The notes beneath the pieces were generated by a model that saw nothing but the letters and a program-made list of their open reading frames with translations, did not search any database and had not been told where the DNA came from. Source: Candidatus Amphirhobacter sp. (GTDB lineage Bacteria > Pseudomonadota > Gammaproteobacteria > Tethybacterales > Tethybacteraceae). Taken from it: 64,000 bases of DNA. The translations under genes were made by a program, and so were the position numbers. Positions 8,500 through 19,631 of the stretch are shown here, piece after piece (positions within the stretch are counted from its first letter, which is position 1; each line of letters begins with the position of its first letter). Location of the stretch: NCBI GenBank assembly GCA_965222035.1, contig OZ244940.1, positions 899,015 through 963,014 of the forward strand, given 5' to 3'.

Positions 8500-9284
8500 C
8501 GGACCGGCAGCTCGAAGACCAGCACATCTTGGTGACCGGCGCGGCCGGCGGCATCGGCCAGGCGCTGTGCGCCGAGCTCGCCGCGCGCGGCGCGAGGGTG
8601 GCCGCGCTCGACCGCGACCAGCGCGGGCTCGAACGCCTGGCCAAGCAGCAGCACGGCCTTGAGCTCCTGCGCGCCGACCTGACTCAAGAACGCATGCTGG
8701 CGCGGAAGCTGGCCGCGCACGCCAAGCGCCACGGAGCGTTCGACGGCTTGGTGAGCAACGCCGCGGTCTTTTGCGACGTGCCCACCTTGGCGCGCACCAC
8801 TCCGGCGAGCTGGCAGCAGGAGATCGACGGCAACCTAACCGCCGCCTTCAACGTCGCCCGGGCGCTGCTGCCCGCGTGCCGGCGGAAGAAGCGCGGCAGC
8901 CTGGTCTTCATCGCCTCGGTCAACGCCCTGTCCTTCCTCGGGCATCCAGCCTACAGCGTCGCCAAGGCGGCGGTCGTCAGCTACGCCGGCGCGATCGCGG
9001 TCGAATACGGCAAGCACAACATCCGCAGCAACGTGCTGCTGCCGGGTACGGTGGCGACGCCGGCCTGGCGCAAGCGCCTGCGGCGCAATCCCAAGCTGCT
9101 CGAGCAGCTGCGCAAGTGGTACCCGCTCGGACGGGTGGTCGAACCCAATGAGGTCGCGCGCGCCGCATGCTTTTTGCTGTCGGATGACGCCGCCGCCGTC
9201 AGCGGCGCATGCCTCACCGTCGACTGCGGGCTGAGCGCCGGCATCAAGCCGATGGCGTCCGAGCTCACGCAGGCCGAGTTTTGA
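8496..9284 (+). CDS. SDR-family oxidoreductase
   Basis: MTDRQLEDQHILVTGAAGGIGQALC... TGxxxGxG, NAA, YSVAK (YxxxK); ATGA overlap with upstream gene; the track ORF 7947..9284 is an over-extension. Confidence 0.8.
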   Translation: MTDRQLEDQHILVTGAAGGIGQALCAELAARGARVAALDRDQRGLERLAKQQHGLELLRADLTQERMLARKLAAHAKRHGAFDGLVSNAAVFCDVPTLARTTPASWQQEIDGNLTAAFNVARALLPACRRKKRGSLVFIASVNALSFLGHPAYSVAKAAVVSYAGAIAVEYGKHNIRSNVLLPGTVATPAWRKRLRRNPKLLEQLRKWYPLGRVVEPNEVARAACFLLSDDAAAVSGACLTVDCGLSAGIKPMASELTQAEF

Positions 9285-10690
9285 TGAGCGTCGCGCGGCC
9301 GCCGTGGCGCATCGCCCTCGCCGGCATTGCGGCGGAGAGCTGCACCTTCTCGCCCCTGCGCAGCGAGCTCGAAGACTTCGTCCAGCTGCGCGGCGAGCAA
9401 CTGCGGGCAAGTACGGCGGCGGCTGACTTCATGGACGGCGGCGCCTGCGAGCTGCACGGCGGATTTCTCGCCCGGGCCCTGCCGGGCGGCATGCTCGCAG
9501 CGGACACCTTCGCGACGCTGCGCGCGCGGCTGCTGGCGGAGATCGAGCCGCTGCTGGCGGCTGGCCTCGACGGCATCGTCCTCGATCTGCACGGCGCGCT
9601 GGCGGCCGAGGGCTGCGACGACGCCGAGTACGAGATCTTGCGCGAGCTGCGCGCCTGCGTCGGGCCCGCATTGCCGCTGGCCGCGGCCTTCGACCTGCAC
9701 GGCAACCTCACGGCGGCGGCCGCGGCCCAGCTGGACGTACTGACCGCCTATCGCACGGCGCCGCACATCGACGTCGCCGCGACCCGGCGCCGGGCGCGGG
9801 CGCTGCTCGAGCGCTGCATGGCCGGCCGGCGCCCGCAGGCGGCATGCGTGCCGATTCCTGTGTTGCTGACCGGCGAGCAGACTGCGACCACCGTCGAGCC
9901 GGGCAAGTCGGCCTGGCAGCTGGTGGCCGAAATCGCCGCCGCGCCCGGCGTGTGGGACGCCTCATTGTTCGTCGGCTACGCCTGGGCGGACCAGGCGCGC
10001 AGCGGCGCCTGCGCCGTGTGCTACGCCGACGGGCAGGAGCAGGCTGATGATGGCGCGGCTCGCCTCCGGGATGCGTATTGGGACCAGCGCGAGGCCTTCA
10101 CCTGGCCGGAGGATCCGCTCGCGGCTTCGGACTGCGTCGCATGGCTGGACGGCCTCGATGAAGGCGCCACCGTCTTCCTGTCCGACGCCGCGGACAATCC
10201 GACCGCCGGCGGCGTGGGCGACGCCTGGGACATGCTTGCGCTCGCGCTCGCTGATGCGGATCGCCGCTGGCTGATCGCCGGCCTCGCCGATCCGGCCGTG
10301 GCCCAGCAGGCCAGCGACGCGGGCGTCGGCGCGGAGATTGAAGCAGCGCTCGGCGGCCGCTGGAGCGGCCGGCCCAATCCGCAGGCGCAGCGGTACCGCA
10401 TCGTCGCCCTCGCCGACAGCGTCGCGGTCTTGGCCTGCGGCGCGACGACCGTGCTGTGCACCGCGCGCCGGCGCACGTTCCACGAGCTCGAGGACTTCAC
10501 CGACCTGGGGATCGAGCTGTCGGACTATCAAGCGGTCGTCATCAAGGTCGGCTACCTGCCGCCGGCCATCGCGCGGATCGCGCGGCGGCACCGCCTGGTC
10601 AGCGGCGCGGGCTGCGTCCCGCCGGACATCAGCGCCCTGGATTACCAGCAGGCGCGCTTCGCCCATCCCCTGCATGCGTCGCAGCATTGA
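9284..10690 (+). CDS. M81-family metallopeptidase (MlrC-like, DUF1485/DUF1015 architecture)
   Basis: MSVARPPWRIALAGIAAESCTFSP... N-terminal MlrC signature; TGATG overlap with SDR stop. Confidence 0.65.
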   Translation: MSVARPPWRIALAGIAAESCTFSPLRSELEDFVQLRGEQLRASTAAADFMDGGACELHGGFLARALPGGMLAADTFATLRARLLAEIEPLLAAGLDGIVLDLHGALAAEGCDDAEYEILRELRACVGPALPLAAAFDLHGNLTAAAAAQLDVLTAYRTAPHIDVAATRRRARALLERCMAGRRPQAACVPIPVLLTGEQTATTVEPGKSAWQLVAEIAAAPGVWDASLFVGYAWADQARSGACAVCYADGQEQADDGAARLRDAYWDQREAFTWPEDPLAASDCVAWLDGLDEGATVFLSDAADNPTAGGVGDAWDMLALALADADRRWLIAGLADPAVAQQASDAGVGAEIEAALGGRWSGRPNPQAQRYRIVALADSVAVLACGATTVLCTARRRTFHELEDFTDLGIELSDYQAVVIKVGYLPPAIARIARRHRLVSGAGCVPPDISALDYQQARFAHPLHASQH

Positions 10691-10697
10691 CCCAAGC

Positions 10698-12593
10698 ATG
10701 GCACCGCTGCGCCTGACCACTCGCCTGCGCGACGGCAACGTCATCGAGGGCCGGCTGAGCAATGACGGGCCCGGCATCGCCGCCGGCTTCCGGCTGTGCG
10801 GGAGCATTCTCGTCACCGCCGCCGCCCGGGCCGGCTGCCGGGTCGCATGGCAGGCCGGCGGCTACTTCGAGCTCGAGCCCGAGCCCGCGGATCTTGAACT
10901 CGCTGCGGGCGCGAGCTGGGACTTCGCCATCGCGTACAAGAACGGCTACGACATCCTCAACCAGACTTGGGGGATCACCGGCGCCTATATACGTACCGCC
11001 AACGGCGACGCCGTCGACATCGCCTCTGAGCCGCTGGAGTTTCCCTCCTATCCGGATCCTGCGCCGGTCACGGCCGCGAAGCCACCCGAGCTGCTGCTGC
11101 TGCCGACGCCGGTCTCATGGGGACCGAGCAGCGGTACCTGCGACCTGCGCAAGGGCTTGCGACATCCAGCCGAGCGCGGGCCCGCGGGCGAGGCCTGCGC
11201 CGCCCTGGGCAAGCGCATGCGCCTGCCGGACATCGACCATCGCGACGATGGCGAGGTTGAGCTGGCCTATGCCGAGGGCCCGGCCGGCTTGCCGGCCGAG
11301 GGCTATCAGCTGCAGCTGGAGGACAAGAAAGTCACGTTGCGCGCTAATGACGACAGCGGGCGCTTCTACGGTTTGGCGTCGCTGCTGCAGCTCGCGGTCC
11401 TGCACGACGGCCAGGTGCCCTGCGGACTGATCATCGACCAGCCGCGCTTCGCCTGGCGCGGCATGCACCTGGACTGCGTCCGGCACTTCTATCCGCCCGC
11501 CTATCTGCAGCGGCTGCTCGACTTCTTCGCGCTGCTCAAGCTCAACCGCTTCCACTGGCACTTGACCGACGACGAGGCCTTCCGCCTTGAGATCCCCGGC
11601 CGGCCGGAGCTCGAGCGCACCTGGCAGCGCGGGCACGGCTTGCTGGTACCCGCTCTCTTCGGCAGCGGCAGCGGCCCGCATGGCGACGTCTATCGCCGGG
11701 ATGACATTCGCCAGATCGAAGCGGCGGCGGCGGCCAATCGCATGCAGGTGATGCCGGAGCTCGAAGTGCCCGCTCACAGCTGGGCGCTGCTGCAGGCTTT
11801 GCCCGAACTGCGCGATCCCGCCGACCGCAGCGGGGAAATCTCAGTCCAGGGCTATCGCGGCAACACCATGAATCCGGGCCAGCCGGCAACCTGGCGTTTC
11901 CTGGAAGAAACAATCGGCGCCATCGCCGACAGCTTCGCAGCGCCGGTCATCCATCTCGGCTGCGATGAGATGCCGCCCGGTACCTGGACGGGATCGCCTG
12001 CAGTCGCAGCATGGATGCGCGAGCACAAGCTGCAGGACATGCTTGATGTCCAAGAGAAGATGATGCAGCAGGTAGCGGCTTTGGTCGCAGCGCAGCAGCG
12101 CCGGCCGGCCGCATGGGAGGAAGCAGCCCGCGGGCGCAACGGCGGCCTCGGACACGACGCGGTGATCTTCTCGTGGACCGGCCAGGGACCGGGACTCGAA
12201 GCGGCGCGCAACGGCTATCAAGTGGTGCTCTGTCCGGCCCAGCACACATACATGGACATGGCGCCGAGCGCCGATCCGCGCGAGCGCGGCCTCAACTGGG
12301 CCGCGCTGGTCGACATCGCCGACACCCTCGCCTGGGAGCCGGTGCCTCCTGATGAGCCGGAACTCGCCAAGAACATCCTCGGGGTCCAGGGCGCGCTGTG
12401 GTGCGAGACCGTATTGCAGCCTAGCGACTGCGAGCCGATGCTCGCGCCGCGGCTGCTCGGCGTGGCCGAAAAGGCTTGGTCCCAGGCGGATCGAACTATG
12501 GACGCCACGCAGCTGCGCGGCTGTGCCCAGGCCTGGGAGAAGCTGTTCGCCCGCTGCGATTGGCGGGTCTGGAAGGCGGCAGGAAGGCCATGA
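10698..12593 (+). CDS. glycoside hydrolase family 20 beta-N-acetylhexosaminidase (no signal peptide)
   Basis: GH20 catalytic core (H/N-x-G-x-D-E region: HLGCDEMP), FHWHLTDD; start 10698 or 10674; the upstream 10338 extension overlaps the MlrC gene in another frame. Confidence 0.75.
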   Translation: MAPLRLTTRLRDGNVIEGRLSNDGPGIAAGFRLCGSILVTAAARAGCRVAWQAGGYFELEPEPADLELAAGASWDFAIAYKNGYDILNQTWGITGAYIRTANGDAVDIASEPLEFPSYPDPAPVTAAKPPELLLLPTPVSWGPSSGTCDLRKGLRHPAERGPAGEACAALGKRMRLPDIDHRDDGEVELAYAEGPAGLPAEGYQLQLEDKKVTLRANDDSGRFYGLASLLQLAVLHDGQVPCGLIIDQPRFAWRGMHLDCVRHFYPPAYLQRLLDFFALLKLNRFHWHLTDDEAFRLEIPGRPELERTWQRGHGLLVPALFGSGSGPHGDVYRRDDIRQIEAAAAANRMQVMPELEVPAHSWALLQALPELRDPADRSGEISVQGYRGNTMNPGQPATWRFLEETIGAIADSFAAPVIHLGCDEMPPGTWTGSPAVAAWMREHKLQDMLDVQEKMMQQVAALVAAQQRRPAAWEEAARGRNGGLGHDAVIFSWTGQGPGLEAARNGYQVVLCPAQHTYMDMAPSADPRERGLNWAALVDIADTLAWEPVPPDEPELAKNILGVQGALWCETVLQPSDCEPMLAPRLLGVAEKAWSQADRTMDATQLRGCAQAWEKLFARCDWRVWKAAGRP

Positions 12594-12772
12594 AAGTTTA
12601 TTTGCGCTGAGAGCCTGGAAAAATACCTAGATTTAGTAAAATTCAGTGAAAACATATATTTGTTATTTGCGGTCGCAGCCTTCTTACTAGCCTGAAAACA
12701 TATAATTTTCTTTTTCAATCTATTGTTCTTCCAATAGAATCTGCGCCCCGAAAAACTACTATAACTCTAGGC

Positions 12773-14254
12773 ATGCTTTCCATCCAAGAAATAACCGAGA
12801 AGCAAATCGACCGTTGGTGCCAACAGTACGAAGGCCCCGGCCTTGAGTTCAAGGAAGCGAAGAACAATGTCAACAGGGAGGAGATGTCCAAATCTTGCTG
12901 CGCGTTAGCAAACACTGAAGGCGGGTACGTCATCCTCGGAATCACAAATGCTTTTCCGCACCAGGTGACAGGAACCAAAGCCTGCCCCAACCCGCCGAAA
13001 ATGGTTGAGCTAATCACTAGCAAGCTCAATCCTGCCATCCCACTTCAAGCTACGGAGGTGGAACACCGCGATGGCAGAGTGGTGGTGTTTGTTGTGGGCA
13101 AGCGACCCAAAGGCTCCGCTATCGAGTATCAACGGCAAGCCCTCGTCCGCGAAGGACAGCAAATACGGCCAATGTCGGTATCTGAAATAGGAGAAGTCCT
13201 TGCTGAGACCAAGCCTCATTGGCTGGAGGGACCTTGCTGCAGCAACCTGTCTCCAAGAGAGGTGAGGAATTTGCTCGACATCGAGCGTTTTTATGAATTG
13301 CAAGAAAAAGAGCAGCCTGCCCAGCTCTCAATGGTCTTGGATGATCTGAACGCCTTGAAAATGCTTGCGCCGGCAGGAGGTGATCGCTACACCATCAACC
13401 GCATGGGTGTCCTCTTGCTAGCAAAGAGCATCAGTGCCTGTGATCCTGGCCTGGGATCCAAGCGCATGCGTATTTTGCGCTTCAAGGGCGAGGGAGACAT
13501 ACACACCATCGGCTTTGACGAGACTTTCGACCGGGGTTACGCCACCGGCTTCGCTGACTTGGTCAAGATGGTGGTGGGCCAGCTGGATAATGAACATCCC
13601 GTTAGGGGAGCGCTGCGCCGTTATGATGAATTCGTACCCGAGGTAGCGGTGCGTGAATTACTCGCCAACGCTCTCATTCATCAGGATTTCCAGACTACCG
13701 GCCACCAGCTTTGGGTGCGCATCTACACCAATCGCATGGTAGTAGGAAACCCGGGCAAGCCGCTGGTGGCTATCGACCGCATGATAGACCGGCATGAAAC
13801 CCGCAACGAGATCTTGGTAGATGCCATGCGCACGCTGCGAATTTGCGAACGGGCCAGTACCGGCATCGATAAGGCTCTGGCAGCCATGGAAAAAGTGCGC
13901 GGCGCTCCAATTTCCTTCCAAACCGGCGACCAGGATGTAACTGAGGCGATAGTCTTCGCAACCCGGCCCTACGCCAAGCTCAGCCCTGGATTGAAAGCGT
14001 TGGCATGCTACCAGCATTGCGCGCTGCGTAGCTTACATAATGAACCCATGACCAACGTCTCCTTCCGGGAGAGGTTCGGACTGAACGCCAGCAAGCGGGA
14101 GGATGTCTCCCGGCTGTTCAAGAAGCTAGTGGATAGGAAACTCATCAAGCGCTCGATTATCGGCCATTCGAACAAGCACGCCAGCTACGTGCCGCAGTGG
14201 TTTGCTGAGGACGAAGACACTATCTTGGAAATGATCAGGAACGCAACAGATTAA
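12773..14254 (+). CDS. COG2865-type protein: AlbA_2 (Schlafen-like) N-terminal domain + HATPase_c_4 (RecG-C-like) domain, putative regulator/defence-associated
   Basis: ALANTEGGYVILGI (AlbA_2), ELLANALIHQDF and VGNPG (HATPase_c_4); gene and 180-bp upstream region are about 50% GC versus about 68% flanks. Confidence 0.7.
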   Translation: MLSIQEITEKQIDRWCQQYEGPGLEFKEAKNNVNREEMSKSCCALANTEGGYVILGITNAFPHQVTGTKACPNPPKMVELITSKLNPAIPLQATEVEHRDGRVVVFVVGKRPKGSAIEYQRQALVREGQQIRPMSVSEIGEVLAETKPHWLEGPCCSNLSPREVRNLLDIERFYELQEKEQPAQLSMVLDDLNALKMLAPAGGDRYTINRMGVLLLAKSISACDPGLGSKRMRILRFKGEGDIHTIGFDETFDRGYATGFADLVKMVVGQLDNEHPVRGALRRYDEFVPEVAVRELLANALIHQDFQTTGHQLWVRIYTNRMVVGNPGKPLVAIDRMIDRHETRNEILVDAMRTLRICERASTGIDKALAAMEKVRGAPISFQTGDQDVTEAIVFATRPYAKLSPGLKALACYQHCALRSLHNEPMTNVSFRERFGLNASKREDVSRLFKKLVDRKLIKRSIIGHSNKHASYVPQWFAEDEDTILEMIRNATD

Positions 14255-14275
14255 AATCAGCGCACGCAGCAAATC

Positions 14276-15172
14276 ATGTCCGCGCTCAGCAAACTGCACC
14301 GCAACGCCAGCCGCTTCGCCTGGCTGCTGATCATGCCCGCGGCGCTGTATATGTGCCTGATCGTCGCCTGGCCCCTGCTCGAGACCATCCGGCTGTCCTT
14401 CACCAACGCCGCCCTCGGCGGCGAGGAATACATCGGCGTCGAGAACTACGCCAAGCTGGCCGGCAGCGGGAAATTCCACGACATCGTGCTGCGCACCTTC
14501 TACTGGATGTTCCTGTCGGTCACCCTCAAGATCATCCTCGGCCTCGCCGGCGCCACCCTGCTCAATTCCAAGCTCAGGGGCGGCGGCATCTACCGGGTGC
14601 TGGTCATGCCGCCCTGGGTCGTCCCGATCGCCATCGGCTGCATCGGCTGGCTGTGGCTGTACCAAGGGCACTTCGGCCTCATCGCCGGCGTGCTGCAGCG
14701 CGTCGGCATCCTCGACGGGCCGTTCGAGTTCCTCGCCTATCGCAACAGCGCCTTCTACAGCGCCGTCATCACCGACGTGTGGATCGGCACCCCCTTCGTG
14801 ACCATCTACTTCCTCGCTGTCATCCAAGCCGTCCCCCGCGAACTGCACGAAGCCGCCTATCTCGACGGCGCCTCGCGCTGGTACCGCTTCCGCCGCGTGA
14901 CCATCCCCTACATCATGCCCGCGATCGTCGCCATGTCGCTGCTGTCGATCATCTGGACCTTCAACTCCTTCGAGATCATCTGGATCCTCACCGAAGGCGG
15001 GCCCCGCGGCGGGACCACCACCTTGATCATCGATACCTACAAGCGCGCCATCGCCAATTTCAAGTTCGGCCAGGGCGCCGCGCGCGCGACCATCATCGTA
15101 CTGCTGCTGACCGCCTTCTCGCTGCTGTACCTCGGGACCATGGCGCGCATCAACCGCCGCTACGCCCACTAG
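14276..15172 (+). CDS. carbohydrate ABC transporter permease (CUT1, MalF/UgpA-like)
   Basis: 6-TM permease with EAAxxDGA loop (HEAAYLDGAS). Confidence 0.85.
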   Translation: MSALSKLHRNASRFAWLLIMPAALYMCLIVAWPLLETIRLSFTNAALGGEEYIGVENYAKLAGSGKFHDIVLRTFYWMFLSVTLKIILGLAGATLLNSKLRGGGIYRVLVMPPWVVPIAIGCIGWLWLYQGHFGLIAGVLQRVGILDGPFEFLAYRNSAFYSAVITDVWIGTPFVTIYFLAVIQAVPRELHEAAYLDGASRWYRFRRVTIPYIMPAIVAMSLLSIIWTFNSFEIIWILTEGGPRGGTTTLIIDTYKRAIANFKFGQGAARATIIVLLLTAFSLLYLGTMARINRRYAH

Positions 15173-15188
15173 CCGGAGGAGAGCGAAG

Positions 15189-16028
15189 ATGGACCGCATG
15201 GCTGGCTGGCAACGCGCCCTGCTGTATGTCGGCATGGCGCTGTTCCTCCTCTTCTGCCTGCTGCCCTTCATCGAGATGTTCTTCGCCTCGCTGCGGCCGC
15301 TCGAGCACCTGTTCCGCGCGCCCTACCAGTTCTGGTCGGACGACTTCTCCCTCGACGCCTACAGCCAGATGTGGGAGACCGTCCCCCGCCTCGGGCGCTA
15401 CATCTTCAACAGCGTCCTGCTCGCCACCGCCACCACCATCACCGCGCTGGCCTTCATCATCCCCGCGACCTACGCCTACGCCCGCTTCCAGTTCCGCGGC
15501 AAGGCCCTGTCGCTCGGCGCCTTCCTCAGCGTCAACATGTTCGCCGGCGCCGTGCTGCTGATCCCGCTGTACAAGCTGCTGCGCGCCTTCGGCCTGCTCA
15601 ACACCTACTTCGCCATGATCGTACCCGGCGCCGCCTTCTTGATCCCGACCGGCATCTGGCTGCTGAAGTCCTATCTCGAGCGCATCCCCGTCGAGCTCGA
15701 GGAGGCCGCCTGGGTCGACGGCGCCTCAAGGCTGTACACCCTGCGGCGCGTCATCCTGCCGCTCGCGGTCCCCGGGCTGATCGTCATCAGCGTCGCGACC
15801 TTCATCGGCGCCTACGCCCAGCAGTTCCTGTTCGCGGTGACCTTCAACCAAAACCGCGACTACATGCCGCTGCCCGCCGGCATCTACGAGTTCGTCGGCT
15901 ACCAGACCGTGATCTGGAACGAGCTGATGGCCGCCAGCCTGGTCGGCATCCTGCCGGTGATGGCGGTCTTTTTCCTGCTGCAGCGGTACCTGATCGAGGG
16001 CCTGACCGCCGGCGCGGTCAAGCACTGA
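15189..16028 (+). CDS. carbohydrate ABC transporter permease (CUT1, MalG/UgpE-like)
   Basis: EEAAWVDGAS EAA loop, 6 TM. Confidence 0.85.
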   Translation: MDRMAGWQRALLYVGMALFLLFCLLPFIEMFFASLRPLEHLFRAPYQFWSDDFSLDAYSQMWETVPRLGRYIFNSVLLATATTITALAFIIPATYAYARFQFRGKALSLGAFLSVNMFAGAVLLIPLYKLLRAFGLLNTYFAMIVPGAAFLIPTGIWLLKSYLERIPVELEEAAWVDGASRLYTLRRVILPLAVPGLIVISVATFIGAYAQQFLFAVTFNQNRDYMPLPAGIYEFVGYQTVIWNELMAASLVGILPVMAVFFLLQRYLIEGLTAGAVKH

Positions 16029-16097
16029 AATCCGGCTCCCGCCCGCATGTGATATAGAATTAAGGCAACGGAGTTCAGGCTCCCGGAGGAGAGAGAC

Positions 16098-17309
16098 ATG
16101 AAACACAAGCAACTGTATGCGACCCTGCTGCTCGGCGGCATGATGTTCGCCAGCGGCGCCCACGCCCAGTCGATGAAATTCATCATGTGCGGGGGCGAGG
16201 TGCGCGAGGCCGACCAGAAGGTCATCGACCAGTTCCAGGCGGACAACCCCGGCGTCAACATCGAGATGGAAGCGGTGCCCTGGGGAACCTGCCAGGACAA
16301 GTCCACGCAGCTGGCCGCCGCCGGCGACCCGCCGAGCCTGGCCTACATGGGCTCGCGCACGCTCAAGCAGCTGGCCAAGAACAACCTGATTGTCCCGGTC
16401 GACATCGACCGGTCGGTCCAGGCCCTGTACCAGCCGAACGTGCTCAAGACCGTCGCTGACGGCGGCAAGTTCTGGGGCTTCCCGCATGCCTTCTCGACCA
16501 AGGCGCTGTTCATCAACTGCGACCTGATCGAGCAGGCCGGCATGACCTGCCGCGGGCCGAGCACCTGGGATGAGATGTACCAGATGGCCAAGACCGTCAA
16601 GGACAAGACCGGCATCGCCGGCGTGGGCCTGGCGGGCAAGGACTTCGACAACACCATGCACCAGTTCCTCAACTACCTGTACAGCAACGGCGGCACGGTC
16701 ATCAACTCGGACACCAACGAGATCACCCTGGACAGCAGCGAAGCCATCGAGACCCTGGCGTTCTACGGCCGGCTCGCTCAAGTCGCCCAGGACGGGCCCA
16801 CCGCTTTTGAGCGCTCGCAGATCAAGGACCTGTTCAACGACGGCAAGGTCGCGATGTACATCGACGGACCCTGGGGCAAAAGCCAGCACAACGAGGACAT
16901 CCGCTCGATCACCGTGCCGATTCCGGCCGGCCCGAGCGGCCGCAGCGGCACGCTGCTGATCACCGACTCGATCGCGGTCTTCAAGGGCACTGGCCACGAG
17001 GCGATGGCGACCAAGCTGGCGCTGGCGCTGGCTTCAGGCGAAGCGCAGTACGACCTGGACAGCAGCTGGGGCCTGACGCCCATCATGAAGTACGAGCAAG
17101 TCATCTCCGACAAGCCCTACTACGTGGACGACCCCTACTGGGAAGTGTTCGTCCAGCCGATCGCCGGCGGCGGACCTGAGCCCCTGTTCGTCGAGTACAA
17201 GGAGCTGCAGAACGTCATGAACAGCATGATCCAAGGCATCCTGCTGGGCGAGGGCTCAGCCGCTGAGCTGGTCGCGACCGCTGCTGAAGAACTCGAAGAG
17301 TTCAAATAG
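16098..17309 (+). CDS. extracellular solute-binding protein (family 1), sugar ABC transporter
   Basis: Signal peptide MKHKQLYATLLLGGMMFASGAHA; SBP_bac_1-like. Confidence 0.8.
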   Translation: MKHKQLYATLLLGGMMFASGAHAQSMKFIMCGGEVREADQKVIDQFQADNPGVNIEMEAVPWGTCQDKSTQLAAAGDPPSLAYMGSRTLKQLAKNNLIVPVDIDRSVQALYQPNVLKTVADGGKFWGFPHAFSTKALFINCDLIEQAGMTCRGPSTWDEMYQMAKTVKDKTGIAGVGLAGKDFDNTMHQFLNYLYSNGGTVINSDTNEITLDSSEAIETLAFYGRLAQVAQDGPTAFERSQIKDLFNDGKVAMYIDGPWGKSQHNEDIRSITVPIPAGPSGRSGTLLITDSIAVFKGTGHEAMATKLALALASGEAQYDLDSSWGLTPIMKYEQVISDKPYYVDDPYWEVFVQPIAGGGPEPLFVEYKELQNVMNSMIQGILLGEGSAAELVATAAEELEEFK

Positions 17310-17330
17310 GGCTTCGCGTCCGACAGCGGC

Positions 17331-18434
<1,104 letters not shown>

Positions 18435-18436
18435 CC

Positions 18437-19594
18437 ATGCGCATCGGCGTCGTCGGCCTGGGACATCGCGCCGCCATGGTGCTGCGCTTTCTCAAGCAGC
18501 CCCTGCCGGAGCTGGAGGTCATGGGCTACGTCGACCCGCAGCCCTGCGGGCTGGAGCCGCTGCGTGAGAAAGTCAAGGTCGGCGAAGCCTACCCGGACAT
18601 CCAGGCCCTGCTCGCGGCCAAGCCGGAGTTCCTGTTCATCGCCTCGCCGAACCATCTGCATCTCGAGCACATCCGCGCCGGCCTGGAAGCGGGCATGCGC
18701 ATGTTCGTCGAGAAGCCGATCGTGATCACGCCCGAGCAGACCTTCGAGCTGGCCGAGCTGCTCGCCAAGCACGGCCCGGCGCAGGTCCAGGTCGGCCTGG
18801 TGCTGCGCTACGCGCGCCACATGCGCGATCTGCGCGCGAGCATGCAAGAGGGCCTGCTGGGCGACATCATCTCGATGGAGGCCAACGAGCACATCGCGCC
18901 CTATCACGGCGCCTTCTTCATGCGCGACTGGCGACGCCTGGCGAAGTACTCCGGCGGCTTCATGCTGGAGAAGTGCTGCCACGACCTCGACATCTACAAC
19001 ATGATCGCCAACAGCCGCCCCCTGCGGGTCGCGAGCTTCGGCGGCCGCGGCGCGTTCACGCCCGCGAACGCGCCGGGCGCTGACGAGGACAGCGCGGTCT
19101 ATCAGGAAAAGCGCTCGTTCTGGGAAGCAGCTCCCGATCCGTTCAGAAGCGACGGCGACATCGTCGACAACCAAGTTGCGATCATCGAGTACGCCAATGG
19201 CGCGCGGCTAGCCTTCCACACCAACACCAACGTCCCCGACGAGCACCGCCGCTTCTGCGTCGTCGGCACCAAGGGCATGGCCGAGGGCGATTTTGGACGG
19301 GGATTTCTCAAGATCACCGACGCACGCACGCGCCAGACCATCCACGACCATGACTACACCGGCTACCAGGGCGACGCCTGCCACTACGGCGCCGACGAGT
19401 TGATGGCCCAGGACTTGGCAGACTACCTGCGCGGCACCAGCGAAGAGCTGCCGGTCGCCGCGGTGGATTGCCTGGAGGCCGGCCTGGCCGCCATGGCGAT
19501 CGACCAGGCCCGCGCCAGCGGTCAAGTCGTCAGCCTGCAGGAGTGGTGGGACCGGATGGATGCCTGTAAATTGCGAGCGGATGGATCCCGCTAA
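18437..19594 (+). CDS. Gfo/Idh/MocA-family oxidoreductase
   Basis: MRIGVVGLGHRA N-terminal NAD(P)-binding; track start 18371 overlaps the ATPase gene. Confidence 0.8.
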   Translation: MRIGVVGLGHRAAMVLRFLKQPLPELEVMGYVDPQPCGLEPLREKVKVGEAYPDIQALLAAKPEFLFIASPNHLHLEHIRAGLEAGMRMFVEKPIVITPEQTFELAELLAKHGPAQVQVGLVLRYARHMRDLRASMQEGLLGDIISMEANEHIAPYHGAFFMRDWRRLAKYSGGFMLEKCCHDLDIYNMIANSRPLRVASFGGRGAFTPANAPGADEDSAVYQEKRSFWEAAPDPFRSDGDIVDNQVAIIEYANGARLAFHTNTNVPDEHRRFCVVGTKGMAEGDFGRGFLKITDARTRQTIHDHDYTGYQGDACHYGADELMAQDLADYLRGTSEELPVAAVDCLEAGLAAMAIDQARASGQVVSLQEWWDRMDACKLRADGSR

Positions 19595-19631
19595 CTTGTT
19601 TTCCGGCAATTAGGGGCTATAATACCCATAA
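19512..19631. repeat. about 120-bp segment (oxidoreductase 3' end + promoter) duplicated at 20788-20909
   Basis: About 90-95% identity between the two copies including the last about 75 nt of the oxidoreductase CDS. Confidence 0.8.
19596..19623 (+). promoter_or_regulatory. sigma70-like promoter TTGTTT-N16-TATAAT, -10 ends 8 nt before ATG (leaderless mRNA)
   Basis: Hexamers read directly; no room for SD; conserved in second cassette. Confidence 0.5.

Noticed and set aside
7947-9284. 445-aa ORF
   Set aside because: Over-extension across the RidA/NTF2-like region; the true SDR starts at ATG 8496
10338-12593. 751-aa ORF
   Set aside because: First 120 aa overlap the MlrC-like gene out of frame with no support; GH20 begins at 10698 (or 10674)
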